Shown here piece by piece: positions 15,901 through 34,120 of a stretch of 64,000 bases of DNA. The notes under the pieces were generated by a model. It ran no database searches, was not told where the DNA came from, and saw nothing but the letters and a program-made list of their open reading frames with translations. The stretch is from assembly GCF_009914755.1 (NCBI RefSeq), contig NC_060946.1; one strand, given 5' to 3'. The translations under genes were made by a program, and so were the position numbers. Each line of letters begins with the position of its first letter. The stretch's first letter is position 1. This DNA comes from the human T2T-CHM13v2.0 reference genome, Homo sapiens.

Positions 15901-17829
15901 GGACATCAAATTGATTTTGTATTCCAGTACAAACTCTTGGCTCATAGTGTTTAGTTTCATCATTATTCTCAAGCTCATCAGGTTCATCTGACCGATATTT
16001 ATGAAGGGCCTACTCTGTAAAAAGGGAACAGGTTGCTAAACAAAGAGAACAAAACACACCAATGAAATGAGCAAAAGCTTCTGAAATTCAGCAGAGAGGA
16101 AGACTGATTTCAACTTGAAAGAAATCTCCCTGGAGGAGGCAAGCTCCGACCTACCTAGATCCTGAAGGACATGTCAACTTTGGACAGAGAAAGGAGTCCC
16201 AGAAAGGAGGTGAGAACAAGTAGTGTGTTGGAACAGGAAAGCATAGGGTATGGTCCGTGGCACAGCAGTGTGAGGAGAGGAAGAGAATGCTCAAGTGGCA
16301 GCTCGAAGAGTGACTGCCCTGGCAAGGCCTGAGCTAGGGAAGAATCAGTCAGTGATCTGAGAATTGGGATTTCCACTTTAGGCATTAGCTAAGTGATCAT
16401 GAGAAATACTAGCTTACCTGGGCCTCAGGAGGTTAGCCCTGAAACCAAAATTTCTGTAGCTGCAGAACTGTGTGTTCAAAGTAAATCTTACAGTCAAGAC
16501 TAACGACAAGCAAGCACAACTGCGCTGGGAGAGGGAACAGGAAGGAACTCAGCCCCTTATTCTAGTTGCTCCATCCTGATAACCTGAGGGAGGAGGGGGC
16601 AAGAAACTCTTAGGATTATGTGAAGCACAGTCTAAATGCAAGGAGGCCTAGGTAGCTAAGGTTCCCTTCAGCTCGAAAAACTACTCCAATTCAATGTCAG
16701 ATGGTACACCTGTACCTTCATTTCTATTCTGCTTGCCTATGATTCATTTATTAACAGGAATTCACTGAGTACCCACTACATTTCAGACAGTGTTATAGGA
16801 TCTGGGGAGACATGGGCTAAGGTTGCAAAGACTCTTCCCTCTCAGGTTTAATTTCTACTTGGAAGGGAGAGAGAAAAATGAAGAAATAAACGTATAATGT
16901 GTCAGAGCAACGAGTGTAAGAGGAAAAAGTGTAATGACTGTTCCACTCATCAAAACTCTACACATCCTCATGTCAGGAGTCTTTCCTTCAGCCTTTTCAG
17001 CTTTGCATTCTTACAGATCATCTGTTCTCTTCTCTGAAATCCTACAGCACTTTGGACCACGCTGTAAGCCTCTGCCACTTGTTAACTACTTCATTGTACT
17101 GGGCTTCTCTTGCTAAGACTGTAAGTCTCTTGTAGGTGCTATACAAATCCTCGACAGCTACCACAGTGCTGCATGCACAGCACTGGTACACACTGCACAG
17201 GCATTCAGTACTATTGACTGCTATGACATTACCGTTTTAGAATAGCAAAGGTGTTGTGCCTTTTCTCTACACTGTAGACTAGAATATTCGAGTGACAAAA
17301 TTACCTAAAAGGGCAGAATGAAATGAACTAATTAACTTAACAGAAAACCAAATTGGATCTGGTAAGAAGTAGTGACCTTCAGGTGGTCCAGGTGTTTGGG
17401 ACAGAAGCTAATCCTAAAACACTAACTAGTCAAGGCCCAAACAATGGGGCGGAAATTAAAGGGTTAGAGTGTAGGGGCAGCTGTCAATGCCTGTGAAAGT
17501 GGACAGACAAGGATGTGCAGAAGAAAAGAGCAGACCCAGGGTCCCTGCACCACTAGATTTCACAGTCACCTCCTCCCTGAAATGGGGGTCTGGTCCTAGC
17601 TCTCCTGCCACCACCCATACCTGCCTTCAACACCGCCCACCCCCACACCCTCCATCCCAACCCTGGAAGCTCAATGCTCTGCTCCAGGCTTAAAAACTGT
17701 CAAGGGCAACTTTGCCACCAAAAAGTTCTTCTCTTTCTTTTTGTAACAGAGAAATATGCATACTGGAATTATTTTTTTTTTTTACATCAAAAGGTCTGAT
17801 AATCCTTACGTAACAGTTCTTTAATTATC

Positions 17830-18675
<846 letters not shown>

Positions 18676-18902
18676 AGTTCCTGCAAATTCAATAAACTTT
18701 AAAATAAATTTATATCTTACTAATCTCTAAAACGTAATGGGAAATTAGGAGCTATGAACATCAAAAAGCCACATATACGCAGGTTGTGTTTAGTCCCCAG
18801 ACAATGCTTGGTGTGAACACAGACTCTTGGAACTCTTGTACAACTGGAGCTAATAATAATGATAATTACAGCTAGCATTTACTGAACTACGCACTGGCTG
18901 TA

Positions 18903-19270
18903 TGATAAGATCTGGCTCTGTGTTACCACCCAAATCTCATCTCAAATTGTAATTAACACATGTCAAGGGAGGGACCTGTGATCCCCATGTGTCAAGGAAG
19001 GGAGGTGACTGGACCATGGGGGCAGCTTCCCCCATGTTGTTCTGGTGACGGTGAGTGAGTTCTCACAAGATCTGTTTAGGAGTTCCTCCTTCCTCCTCCT
19101 CTCTCTCCTGCCGCCATGTAAAACGTGCCTGATTCCCCTTCCACCATGACTGTAAGTTTCCCAAGGCCTCCCCAGCCATGCAGAACTGTGAGTGAATTAA
19201 ACCTCTTTCCATTATAAATTACCCAGTCATGGGTAGTATCTTTACAGCAGTATGAAACAGACTAATATAC
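18903..19270 (+). mobile_element. MaLR solo LTR (THE1D/MSTA-like)
   Basis: TGATAAGATCTGGCTCTGTGTTACCACCCAAATCTCATCT...GGCCTCCCCAGCCATG...ATTAAACCTCTT...AGACTAATA. Confidence 0.85.
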
Positions 19271-20572
19271 TCTTAAGTGCTCACATTTAATCTTATAATT
19301 ACTCTCATTTTACACAAGATAATACAGGCAAAGAGAGGCTAACCAACTTGTCCAAGATTAAATAGCCAGTAGGTGGCAGAGCCTCAGAATGGAAATCTGA
19401 AGCCCACCTAGTTTTAGAATGTATGTTTTTAGTCAAAGCTCCATACCTCACAACACAGATCCTCCTCACTTGGGCTCAATCCAGTCTTTTTCACTAGCTA
19501 TCCACCCCAAACATCACCATTTTCACACAGAGAACTACCTACTCAGCCTTTGCATGTGCAGTGCCTTCCACCTGGAGCACCTATCTCAAGTGCTGCTGTC
19601 ATGCATCCAGTGCCTCCTCTCCTCTCTGAAGTCTGTGCTGAGGTGGAGGTGATGGGAACCAGGGCCTCCACGGTTCTTGTGCAATCTGCCCTTACTCTGC
19701 TCTTTCCACCAGCATTCATGCCTGTAAACACTGCCCATTTTCGCCTGAGGACAGGAACAAAGAATTTTTATGCCTCCAGCAAAACCAAAGGTATCTTGTA
19801 CTCTGCTGGTGAACAACGTAGACTGCAAACCTATGGACCATAAGTCTGAGTCAGTCGAGCCATTTTGTTTGGTCATTATAGCATTTTCAAACACCAACAA
19901 CATAATGGGAATGCCTTCCCCAGGGCACCCGATCCTGGTGTGGCATACTGCTGCTTGGTATTTTAGTGATGGGCAGCTCCAGGCTTGTAAGCTGTCCTGA
20001 CCTAGTCATTAACTAACTCACTCATTACTCCCAATTACTTCTCTTCCCATCATTCTTTCACATATAGTAAATCTTAGCTGTAAACAATACCAAGAGAAAT
20101 AAAAGGGCATAACAGATATATCATTTCATTTCTACAGATTGAAAAACTCCCTATATAATGTCAAAGGTGGAAATATCCCTAAAATTGAAACAACTTCGAA
20201 TCACAGCAAAACTAAAATTTAAGAACTTCTAGAACAAAAGTCCCTTATCAGTGCTCACACTTCTAAGCAGGAAGGGGGCCCTAGCAGAGTTGGCCCAGCC
20301 TGGCACTGGGTCACTGCTGGCAGTCTCAACCCCAGTGACATCTGAGAAAAGGTCGGGGACCTTTGTTCAGGCAAGTTTACCTTTAAATTTCAACAGCAAA
20401 ACCAGACATTTAGCGTTTGACTTATTTCTGTTTCACTTACAACACTGCTCAAGTTCAGGGAATAAGCACCAAAAATAGAAATGGAAAGGGACGCCTACTG
20501 AACATACCGTGCTTGACCACGACAAAACAAAGGGTACCACTCTTATTCCAAAGCTTTAGCTCTCTAGATTAG

Positions 20573-21304
<732 letters not shown>

Positions 21305-21306
21305 TA

Positions 21307-21351
21307 AGATTATTCTATTATGCTTACATATATAATCTTTATCTTGAGTCT
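21307..21351 (+). repeat. 45-bp direct repeat, copy A (copy B at 22091-22135)
   Basis: AGATTATTCTATTATGCTTACA(T/C)ATATAATCTTTATCTTGAGTCT, 44/45 identical to copy B. Confidence 0.93.
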
Positions 21352-21968
21352 TAATCTGGCATGAGGAATAAGCATCTTTACTTGTGAAAAAGAAATTTTT
21401 TTATTAAGTCAAAAGCCAGGAGTAGAAATATTTACATCTTAATAGGATTCAAAATAGAAAGCTAAACAACTATTAAATTAAAATACTCTACACCTACTTC
21501 TGGAATCTAAAAGAACATTTTTAAAAAGATACTCTACACCAACCATTTTCCACAAATAACAACTGTAGCTGAGTTACTAAATACTTGTATGCAAATTAAA
21601 TTTTTGCTTTCTTAATCACATTTGAAAAGTAAAAGGGACCTAGCTGGAGGGAGAATTATTTTGTAAACAATGTGTTTTTTGTTTTTCAATGAAAACAACC
21701 TACATTTCCCAGGTATACTGGGATTTCTTAAAGGGATCACTTGCACAAAGCCAAAATCTACACAGAAAACAAATCGCCTTCTCTCTTACTCTGGTCTCTT
21801 TGCTGCACAGACGTACTAGACTTCACTCCAAGCTCACTTCGGCATAGAAATGTAGGCCATACAAGAAAGAAAGGAAATAATTTTTTTAACTTAATCCCAA
21901 ATGTGATAGTAGAAAATAATTTTTAACTGTAAAAGGGAACAGATTAAATGTCATTGAGTAATACTTAC

Positions 21969-22052
21969 TGCTGGTTCAACTTGACTTCTATCTGCAATAT
22001 CTATATGGACAATTTCAACAGTTTTCCATGTGTTTGGATCTAAACCATGTAC
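21969..22052 (-). CDS. PITPNB: PITPNB exon 7 (84 nt, [28 protein letters not shown])
   Basis: cattggtag|GTA CAT GGT...GAA CCA GCA|gtaagt. Confidence 0.97.
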
Positions 22053-22090
22053 CTACCAATGACAAAGAGAAAAGAAACAAAACAAACTGT

Positions 22091-22135
22091 AGATTATTCT
22101 ATTATGCTTACACATATAATCTTTATCTTGAGTCT
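22091..22135 (+). repeat. 45-bp direct repeat, copy B
   Basis: Matches copy A at 21307-21351; the copies are 784 bp apart and bracket exon 7. Confidence 0.93.
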
Positions 22136-22705
22136 CTCAGGGGACATTATAGGGAATTAAAAGACCCAAATTATTATTTCATTATATTAGCTGTCTGACA
22201 TTTTGCAGGATCTAAAAGTCTTTTATTACCACTTATAACCCCAAATAATAAGGAAGGAGAGAATGAGGATGCTGCCAAATGAATAGAAACCTGTCAATAT
22301 TATCTTCTGACAGTCCTCACAGATGATTTATGTAACTAAATATACGAGACCTATGCTTAATCCAAATGATACACAACAAAGTACTTGTAACCTTTGTAAC
22401 CAACAAAGTCCTATACAAACATAAGGTGACATTACAAGTAGAATTCAAATGATGCACTGTATGGTCTAAAATCTCTCCAAAATTTGATTATCCTAAAGCT
22501 ATTCAGTTTCAGTATGATGCCAACTCCTCTCTACTGCATGTTGATCAATCATTTATTTCTGAAATGCCATCTGTGAACTAATTAGGAATTGTTTGAAAAC
22601 TGCCAAAGATATGCCCATTTAAAAGCTGAAAATATCAGATTAAGTCATACAGATTAATGCACACCAAATAATCTTATCTAGATTATAAATTATAGAGGAT
22701 TACTA

Positions 22706-23081
<376 letters not shown>

Positions 23082-23179
23082 TTAAAATTCAAAGTTCTAT
23101 TAACTGGCATCAATAACGTAAGAGCACCGTAATAGAACAGTAAAAACAGAATTTGCCACAATCATTAACCTACTCTCCT

Positions 23180-23342
23180 GGAATGAATGTGCATCAGAAA
23201 ACAGAAACTGCTGAGTCCCACCCCTAGAGATTCTGGTTCGGTAGTTCTTGGGTGAGGTCAGAGTATTTGCATTTCAAACAAGTCCTCAGATACTGTGCTG
23301 CTGCTGGCCCATCCAAAGACCACACTTTTGAGAACTCCTAGA
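23180..23342. mobile_element. MER5A-like hAT element
   Basis: CCCACCCCTAGAGATTCTGGTTC...TTGCATTTCAAACAAGT...GACCACACTTTTGAGAA. Confidence 0.7.
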
Positions 23343-23965
23343 CCAAGGGCATCAACCTATACAACAGGACTTCCCAAGTTCCACGACAAACCTTACCAAA
23401 AGTTAATGATTACATTTTTTTAAGTCCTAACTCAAAGATGTTCTTGAATCTTAAAGAGATAAATGTGAACCAACTTATATAAGTCAACAGCTTTTCAACA
23501 TTTTTGTAAGTTATTCAAGTACTTTATCCCTCCTGCCTTTTGGCCATTTCTCTAACATGAGCCCATACCCTTGCAAAGCAGACAAGAGGTAAAAATTAAA
23601 GCAATCAATCCTGCTATGCAGAGCAGCTCTGACAAACACTCAGATATAAAAGCAATCTAATTAGCAAAACTAATGGCTAAAATTGGGCTGGGGATTATCT
23701 GTGAATTTTGTTTATTCATGCTCTCCTTGTCTCGGATAAAGAGAGTTGCTGATCAAAACAGCAACTTTACCAAAGTGTCAAGGCAAGCGGACTGATAGGG
23801 AAAGCCTATTTGGTTTCTGGCTGCTTGCCCGCCTCATCTCAATTTGACACAGCTTGGTGCGGTCAGATACACAGGTGACATTACTTTGATGATGACAAAG
23901 TGAACTACATATAGAATTCTCGTTTCCAGGGACTTTTGTACTAAAAGTGCAGAGTTGAAACTTAC

Positions 23966-24040
23966 ATTTTCTAATGTTCCCAAGTCTGGTTTGTGCCATG
24001 TTTCGATTTTAATGAAGAAATCATCTTTCATATATTCATT
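23966..24040 (-). CDS. PITPNB: PITPNB exon 6 (75 nt, [25 protein letters not shown])
   Basis: ttttctgcag|AAT GAA TAT...GAA AAT|gtaag. Visible in ORF 23834..24055. Confidence 0.97.
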
Positions 24041-24543
24041 CTGCAGAAAACACAACAGGAAAATGACAGTGATCTTCTACCTGTTCCTTGGTGCCCACGT
24101 CTGAGGGAGCTTTTCCCAGTATAGGCATCCATGCTTTGACTCTACAAGGAGACTGATACTCAAGTGACAAAGAATCATTGGCTACCGATTTTTATAGACT
24201 TGTCAGGCAAACCAAATGCTACATGCTTTTAAATAATTTAAACAATTCTACTTGCCACGTGGCATATCGGGCTAATAAAGAAGCTGTGAGGTCTGATAAA
24301 CAAATATGGCGTTTGAAGGGAGTAACAAAAGCAAAATAAAATCAATAGGGAGATTTTGAGACAAGGGTGGAAAGGGCCCATGAACACTGGGAACATGTGG
24401 TAGAGTGTGGCGGCTGGTTGGTGGGACACAGGAAGGAACCATGCAGCGAGGTGCAGTTAGCAAAGAATGGTTGAAAATAATTACTGTGTAAAACAAAGTT
24501 TAAAGATAAAGAAAGTATGAGACACAAAAATAGTTTTACTCAC

Positions 24544-24551
24544 CGTTACAA
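24544..24551 (-). CDS. PITPNB: PITPNB exon 5, 8-nt microexon (I-V-T)
   Basis: cctcag|TTGTAACG|gtgagt. Needed to join the phase-1 end of exon 4 to the phase-0 start of exon 6 and restore CRTIVTNEYMKDD. Confidence 0.95.
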
Positions 24552-25214
24552 CTGAGGCATAATGGAGAGGTAGGTAATGAAAGGAGAAAAATTTCAGAAT
24601 ATTAATTGGAGTCAAAACAATCTGTCCCAATACTTAATGTCACAAAGACTAAACTATCTGAAAACAGAACATTTATTTAGTAATTTATGTCTGCAAAACA
24701 GTTTCCACACAAGTGACACTATACAGTACATTAGATTATGGAGTACAAATAAAATATGAACAATAATCTAATTTTAAAAATAATGCTAAAAAGAATAATA
24801 ATGTCACAAAAGCAAAACATTATTTATAAGGTCAATTTAGCAAATGATAGGATGCTGTTTCAGAAGTCTGTCCTATTCCTCCTCTATTATGTAGCAATTT
24901 AAGTAAAATACTGTTGAAACACACCAAAACACCCTTCTGAGTGTAAACGACCTTTCTTTTGGCTTACCCCTGGAGCCAGCATAGTCAGCTAGGACCCCAA
25001 AGTGGCTGCCATGTGGGAATGAACTTATGCCTGTCACAAAGTTCTAGGGGGAGGAACCCAATGCAGCCCTTCCTCTGCCATCATTCTAGCAGTGACTATC
25101 CAAGAACCCAAGGAAGACCTTGCTCAGTGTAAACCTTCTCAAAGACACTGGTACTGGGAATCCCTCTCATTCTCAGGGTGGAGGGGTGCAATGGCTGCTG
25201 GGGGCCAAGCTTAC

Positions 25215-25306
25215 TTGTTCTACAGTAGGGGTACGCATTCCAGGCTTTCTCATGAAACACCAAGGAGCCCTCGGGAGCAATCATCCTCACGAATGCAGGC
25301 ACTTTG
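25215..25306 (-). CDS. PITPNB: PITPNB exon 4 (92 nt, [30 protein letters not shown])
   Basis: ctcccag|C AAA GTG...AGA ACA A|gtaagc. Contains EKAWNAYPY; visible in ORF 25096..25392. Confidence 0.97.
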
Positions 25307-25507
25307 CTGGGAGAAGAGAGATACTGGATATATTTAACAGCACCATCAATTCTTTCTTGGTATCTATCCAACTGCTTGAAAGAGTATGGCAATCAAAGGT
25401 GACCACGTTCTAAGTCTGATGAACTAGTTTATTTCAATCCTAAAGTAATCCAGTAGAAATGAACACATAATTTTTTACATTTTAAATAAAAATGATTAAG
25501 AATATTT

Positions 25508-25803
25508 AGCTGGGTATGGTGGCTCATGCCTGTAATCCTAGCATTTTGAGAGGCTGAGGCAGGAGGATCACTTGAGCCCAGGAGTTTGAGACTAGCCTGG
25601 ACAACATGGTGAAACCCTGTCTCTACAAAAAATATAAAACTAGCCAGGCATGGTGGCACATGCCTGTAGCCCCAACTATTCAGGAGGCTCAGGTGGGAGG
25701 ATCACTTGAACCTGGGAGATAGAGGTTGCAGCAAGCTGAGATCACACCACTGCACTCTAGCCTGGGCAAAAGAGCAAGACCTTGTCTCACAAGGAAAAAA
25801 AAA
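25508..25803 (+). mobile_element. Alu (AluJ)
   Basis: Dimer with GGAGGATCACTTGAGCCCAGG. Confidence 0.93.
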
Positions 25804-26399
25804 ATTAACTGTATAAAAGGTTTTGTGTGTGTGTGTGTGGTTTTTTTTTTTTTAAATAGAAGCAATTATTTCTTAAGAACTTCTGATCTACTACCCCAAT
25901 GTAAAACCTAAGAGTTAACAGCTATTCAATCTGCACATTAATACAATGTAGTTCTTAAGAGTTAGATGACATTATACTGTTTCTTAATGCAAAAAGCCCC
26001 AGAATAAGGAGATATCTCTGAATAAAAGTCTGAATACATTTTATAGAACAGACCTGAAGAAAAATGACAATGTAAAGGACCCATGCAGAAAATGAGAAAT
26101 TAAAGCATATCCAAGTATAAAATTTTGTAGGTATGGGAGATGAATGTCACTTGCTGCCTTAAGTATATTCAGAGGAAGAGAAAGGTTCAATACATGATTA
26201 ATATATGAGAAGCTTGTGCAAGCATATGATAATCAGAAACAATCCCAACATATAAAGGGGCAAAAGTCATCCACAGGCCCATTACAAATAGAAAATGTTA
26301 TTTGTTAACAAACAAATGGGAAAATCAGTCTTAACAGTCTTCAAATAAATGCAAATGAAGTGACTGATATAGTGACTGGAGCCTACTGTAAAGAGTAGT

Positions 26400-26625
26400 T
26401 TTGCTTGCACAGACTTTTCACACAGATCGAATTCAAATCCCAACATCACCATTTGGAAGCTGTGTGACCTTAGGCCTGCTACTTGGCTTCTCTGAAATTC
26501 CTCATGTGTTGAATGGAATTCCTATTACCTGCTCTGCAGGGTTATTAAGAGAATTAAATCAAATACTGGAATGTGTTTAGCACATTGCACAGTACAATGA
26601 GCTCAAAAAATGGTAGTTACTGCTT
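26400..26625 (+). mobile_element. MIR
   Basis: TTCAAATCCCAAC...GCTGTGTGACCTTAGGC..TTCCTCATGTGT core. Confidence 0.7.
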
Positions 26626-26741
26626 TTTAATTATAAGTTGATACGGAGCTGGGTATTTTCATATGCCTTTCTTCATTTAAATCTTCCTTAATGTCTTCAC
26701 ATCCTTAAAAATGAAAGGAGCTAATTCTTTGTTCACTTATT

Positions 26742-27036
26742 TCTTTTTTCTTTTTTGAGACGGAGTCTCACTCTGTTGCCCAGGCTGAAGTGCAGTGGCA
26801 GGATCTCGGCTCACTGCAAGCTCCACTTTGGGTTCACGCCATTCTCCTGCCTCAGGCTCCCGAATAGCTGGGGGTACAGGCGCCCGCCACTAGGCCCGGC
26901 TAATTTTTTTGTATTTTTAGTAGAGACAGGGTTTCACCGTGTTAGCCAGGGTGGTCTTCATCTCCTGACCTCGTGATCCGCCCGCCTTGGCCTCCCAAAG
27001 TGCTGGTATTACAGGCGTGAGCCACCGCGCCCGGCC
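26742..27036 (-). mobile_element. AluY
   Basis: Reverse dimer, CpG-rich. Confidence 0.95.
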
Positions 27037-27315
27037 TGATCACTTCTTTTCAAATGGTGGAACAATTCATTCAAACTTCAGAAACACCAAGCCAGGATAA
27101 CTGAAAATAACATCACTTTAAAAGTCAAAGAGTATCTAGCTGTCCAAAAAATTTATCCCATTGCTAAAGAACTAGAACCAAAATCCCTTTAAGTGTGGGT
27201 GAGGTCTAATCAGGGTACAATGGAACACATGAGGATAATTTTTTAAGCCAAGCTACAAGACTACCTATTCATCTGAGAGTATGACAAACAGATCTATCAA
27301 TGGTTCAGCTGGTCA

Positions 27316-27682
<367 letters not shown>

Positions 27683-28218
27683 TCAGACACATATTTTAAC
27701 TATCCATTTATTCCTATAGTGCCTGATATGTGAAGAACCTTAATATTCATAAAATGTTCTAAAATTTGCTGACTCAAATAGAAGGAAATTGGCATTTATC
27801 ATTAAAGGCCAACATGAGCCAAATCTACATGAAAATTTTAATATTTCTTTATCTCGCTCCCAAATGCCTACTATCTTATTTCTAAGATACTTTTCCCACC
27901 ATGTGAATTCCAGCAATTCATTTTATGTTTTGACTGAGTTAATAAAGTCCAAATCTATAAGCTAGATTTCAAATTTACTTTTTTTTTATGTTTAACGTGA
28001 GAACATTATCAAATACATCTCTCCTCAATGAATCTAAGTAACTGACTAAACGAGGAAAATGTGCACATGGAGTAAATAAAATTAAATTTCAATTCTACTT
28101 CAAAGGTTAGAAATTTTTATTAATGGCAACCTTAATATATTCCTAACATGGTAGTTCAAGTGTGCCAGGTATATATAATTGAGAGCATATACATCATTTT
28201 GCCACCACAGTTACCACT

Positions 28219-28393
28219 TAGCAAGGCACTTTAGTAAAATGCAGCAGATTCCTCATTTGGAAGCTTAGCCTCCGAAAAGAACAATTATTAACTGAATGAA
28301 CAATAGTAAGGCCCTTTAGTAAAATGTAGCAGATTCCTGTTTTGGAAGCTTAGAGAGCCTCAGAAAAGGAACAATTATTAACTGAATTAACAA
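28219..28393. repeat. Diverged tandem duplication, period ~85 bp, 2 copies
   Basis: AAGGC.CTTTAGTAAAATG.AGCAGATTCCT..TTTGGAAGCTTAG...GAACAATTATTAACTGAAT.AACAA starts at 28223 and again at 28308. Confidence 0.9.
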
Positions 28394-29013
28394 AATGGGA
28401 GATAGGCCTTCAAAAACAAACATGCAAAAAAGACAATCCTTCAGTTGTCCTCCCAAACTATTCACAAAATGGTGCTCCCTCATGATAAACCAATACTCGG
28501 AACAGCGTTCACTTACCTCAAGGTAAACATGGCTAGATTTCAGCTGCTTAAGAGTGAAGAGTTAAGAGTTACCCATAGCACAATGCCCAGGACCATGAAG
28601 ACTCTTCAGGAATACATACCGCTTCTCCCACTCTGAATAGTACTTTAAGACTATTTAACTTCAGGGTAAAATATGACCATAAGGTACACTGAACGCCTGA
28701 TCTAGGCACATTCCTTTTTTAATCCTATTCCTGAGATAAATAATACCATGCACTTTTCCCTGGAAATTATTATGTCTATCTGTAAACCACACAAGCAAGA
28801 CAACTTTTCCCACCCTTCTCCTTCCCACTGCAGATGAACATCAAAACACAGAAAAATATAGGGAAGAATTTGAAGACCAGATTAATTTACCATAAATAAA
28901 CCAATTAATCTTTCATTTTACAATCAACTGAAATATCCCCTAAATACACTGTGATGCCTTCTCTTCACTAGTCAGGAAAAGCTCAGCTGAGAAGGCAAGA
29001 AAAGAAAAGAAAG

Positions 29014-29915
<902 letters not shown>

Positions 29916-29951
29916 AGTGGGAAAGAATGGATGCAATTATTGAGTTAATTG

Positions 29952-32060
<2,109 letters not shown>

Positions 32061-32557
32061 TTTAAAGTCAGAAAAAGAATGGATGGCAAAATATCAGCCA
32101 GGAGGCAAGTCTAAGAGAGAGAAGGTAACTTTGATTGATTAACAGTAATGATGGAGATGGAAGAAAGAAAGAAAAGAAGATACAAGAGGAGGGAAATTAC
32201 AGAAATGATTTACAACCCCAGTTTGTGGGAAGGGAATAAAATAACCAGACACAAACTGCCTAACTTCTGGGAGACAAGAGACTCTAAAGTCCTGGAGAAT
32301 TACAAAAAACAAAGAGAAAAGTATTTTTCACACAATAAAAGGGGAATAATAAATGAAAAATGAGATACACCATCAAGAGGAAACAATATATTTCAGAAAA
32401 TACTTCTGATATTTTTCAGAAACAGGATCACTCTTGATTTGGAAAACTCTGAACTGTGAAAACTTTAGGACTAAACTACATATAATGACAAATAACATGT
32501 GTCTATGATGGCTAATTCTTGACTCAAGAACAAATTATGTTTGGCTGATATTTATAA

Positions 32558-32862
<305 letters not shown>

Positions 32863-33899
32863 TATTAATTTCTTACATGTGCAAGATGCTCTCTGAATGT
32901 GAAGAAGTATATTACAATCAATCCTTTCATTTTCAAGTGATTTAAATTCCTCATTTTTAAACATAATTTAAGTTCCTGGCAAATGACTCCTTTTGCTTAC
33001 AAAAATGAACTCTTACCTTGGAACCACATGAAATTTTAAAATAACTATTTTTCAATAAAAACCTCTTCTGTTTCGACCTTTGGGAAACAAGGTGGTTCTG
33101 GAGTTGGCAAAGCTTTATAAATTCCCCATCAATCAGGACTGACTGAAGATGGCGAAAGTGTAACACTTACGCAGAATAAGAAATAATAAAGCTGACTTTC
33201 CTCAAGAAGGGTGAGCAAATAAACTAGCAAAAAGGACTGGTCAGTGTGTTCGTACAGTGAGGTCTCAGGAGAGCTACAAGCTTTTCTCTGAAATACCATC
33301 TGAAAGTTACAACACATTTCTTTGTCTTGCTCCAAAATTCTCTGCCCAGTAAATTCCTTCCTCTTTCACTGCCATCTACTACTAAGTTATTATCAAAGAA
33401 ACAAACTTTAGTGGAAAACAGGATACAACAAGACAAACATGCACATATGGAAATATATGACTAGGTATCAAAATGAGTCGAAATGACAAATATGATGGAT
33501 TTAGGGAAGAGGGATCGAAGTGAATAAAATCAGCCATGGAATGCCTCTGCATAGGATAGTTCTGAGGTGTACTCAGAAAACCAAGCAGGTTATGAGAGGC
33601 CCCAGCATAAGGGGCTGAAAAAAACGCTCAGGGTGGGCTGAACAGTTTATGTTAGGAAGACAGCAGAGACTGGCTTGCTTACAGCCAAGGGTTTTTGTTC
33701 TGGATGGACTTATACAATTGGGAATCTTAAATACCTTGTTAAGTTTAGCTTTATTTTGGAAGAAGACTTTAGACGTTAAAGACTTCAGAGAAAGTAAGAG
33801 ATGGTGAAACCTGTGGTTTTGGAAGAATTTTTCTCTAAACTCCCAAGGAGTTAACTTCAGGAAATGGAAAATAACTCTTCCACAGGATTCAGACGTAGA

Positions 33900-34120
33900 G
33901 CAAAGTGGTTAGTTGAGCAAAGTGGTTAAGAGGGCAGGTTCTGGAGTTGGTCTGTGTTCAAGTCCTATCTCTGCTACCAAATAGCAGTGAGACATGTGGT
34001 AAGTTAAACCTTTCTGGACCTCAGTTTCCTCACTATAAAAAGTTGCTGTGAGGAATGAATAAACTCCCACCTAAAACACTTCCAATAACCCAGTGACCAG
34101 CACACAGTAAAAATACATAA
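33900..34120 (+). mobile_element. MIR
   Basis: AGTGGTTAAGAG..TTCTGGAG..TTCAAGTCCT..CCTCAGTTTCCTCA. Confidence 0.7.

Noticed and set aside
19419-20000. Cluster of overlapping ORFs as a processed pseudogene or hidden gene
   Set aside because: No recognisable protein similarity, poly-A tail or TSD.
28219-28393. Repeat-spacer (CRISPR-like) reading of this and the 45-bp direct repeats
   Set aside because: Only two copies, no unique spacers, no cas genes, and the DNA is human.
33897-33930. GAGCAAAGTGGTTA repeated twice
   Set aside because: Trivial slippage duplication at the head of a MIR.
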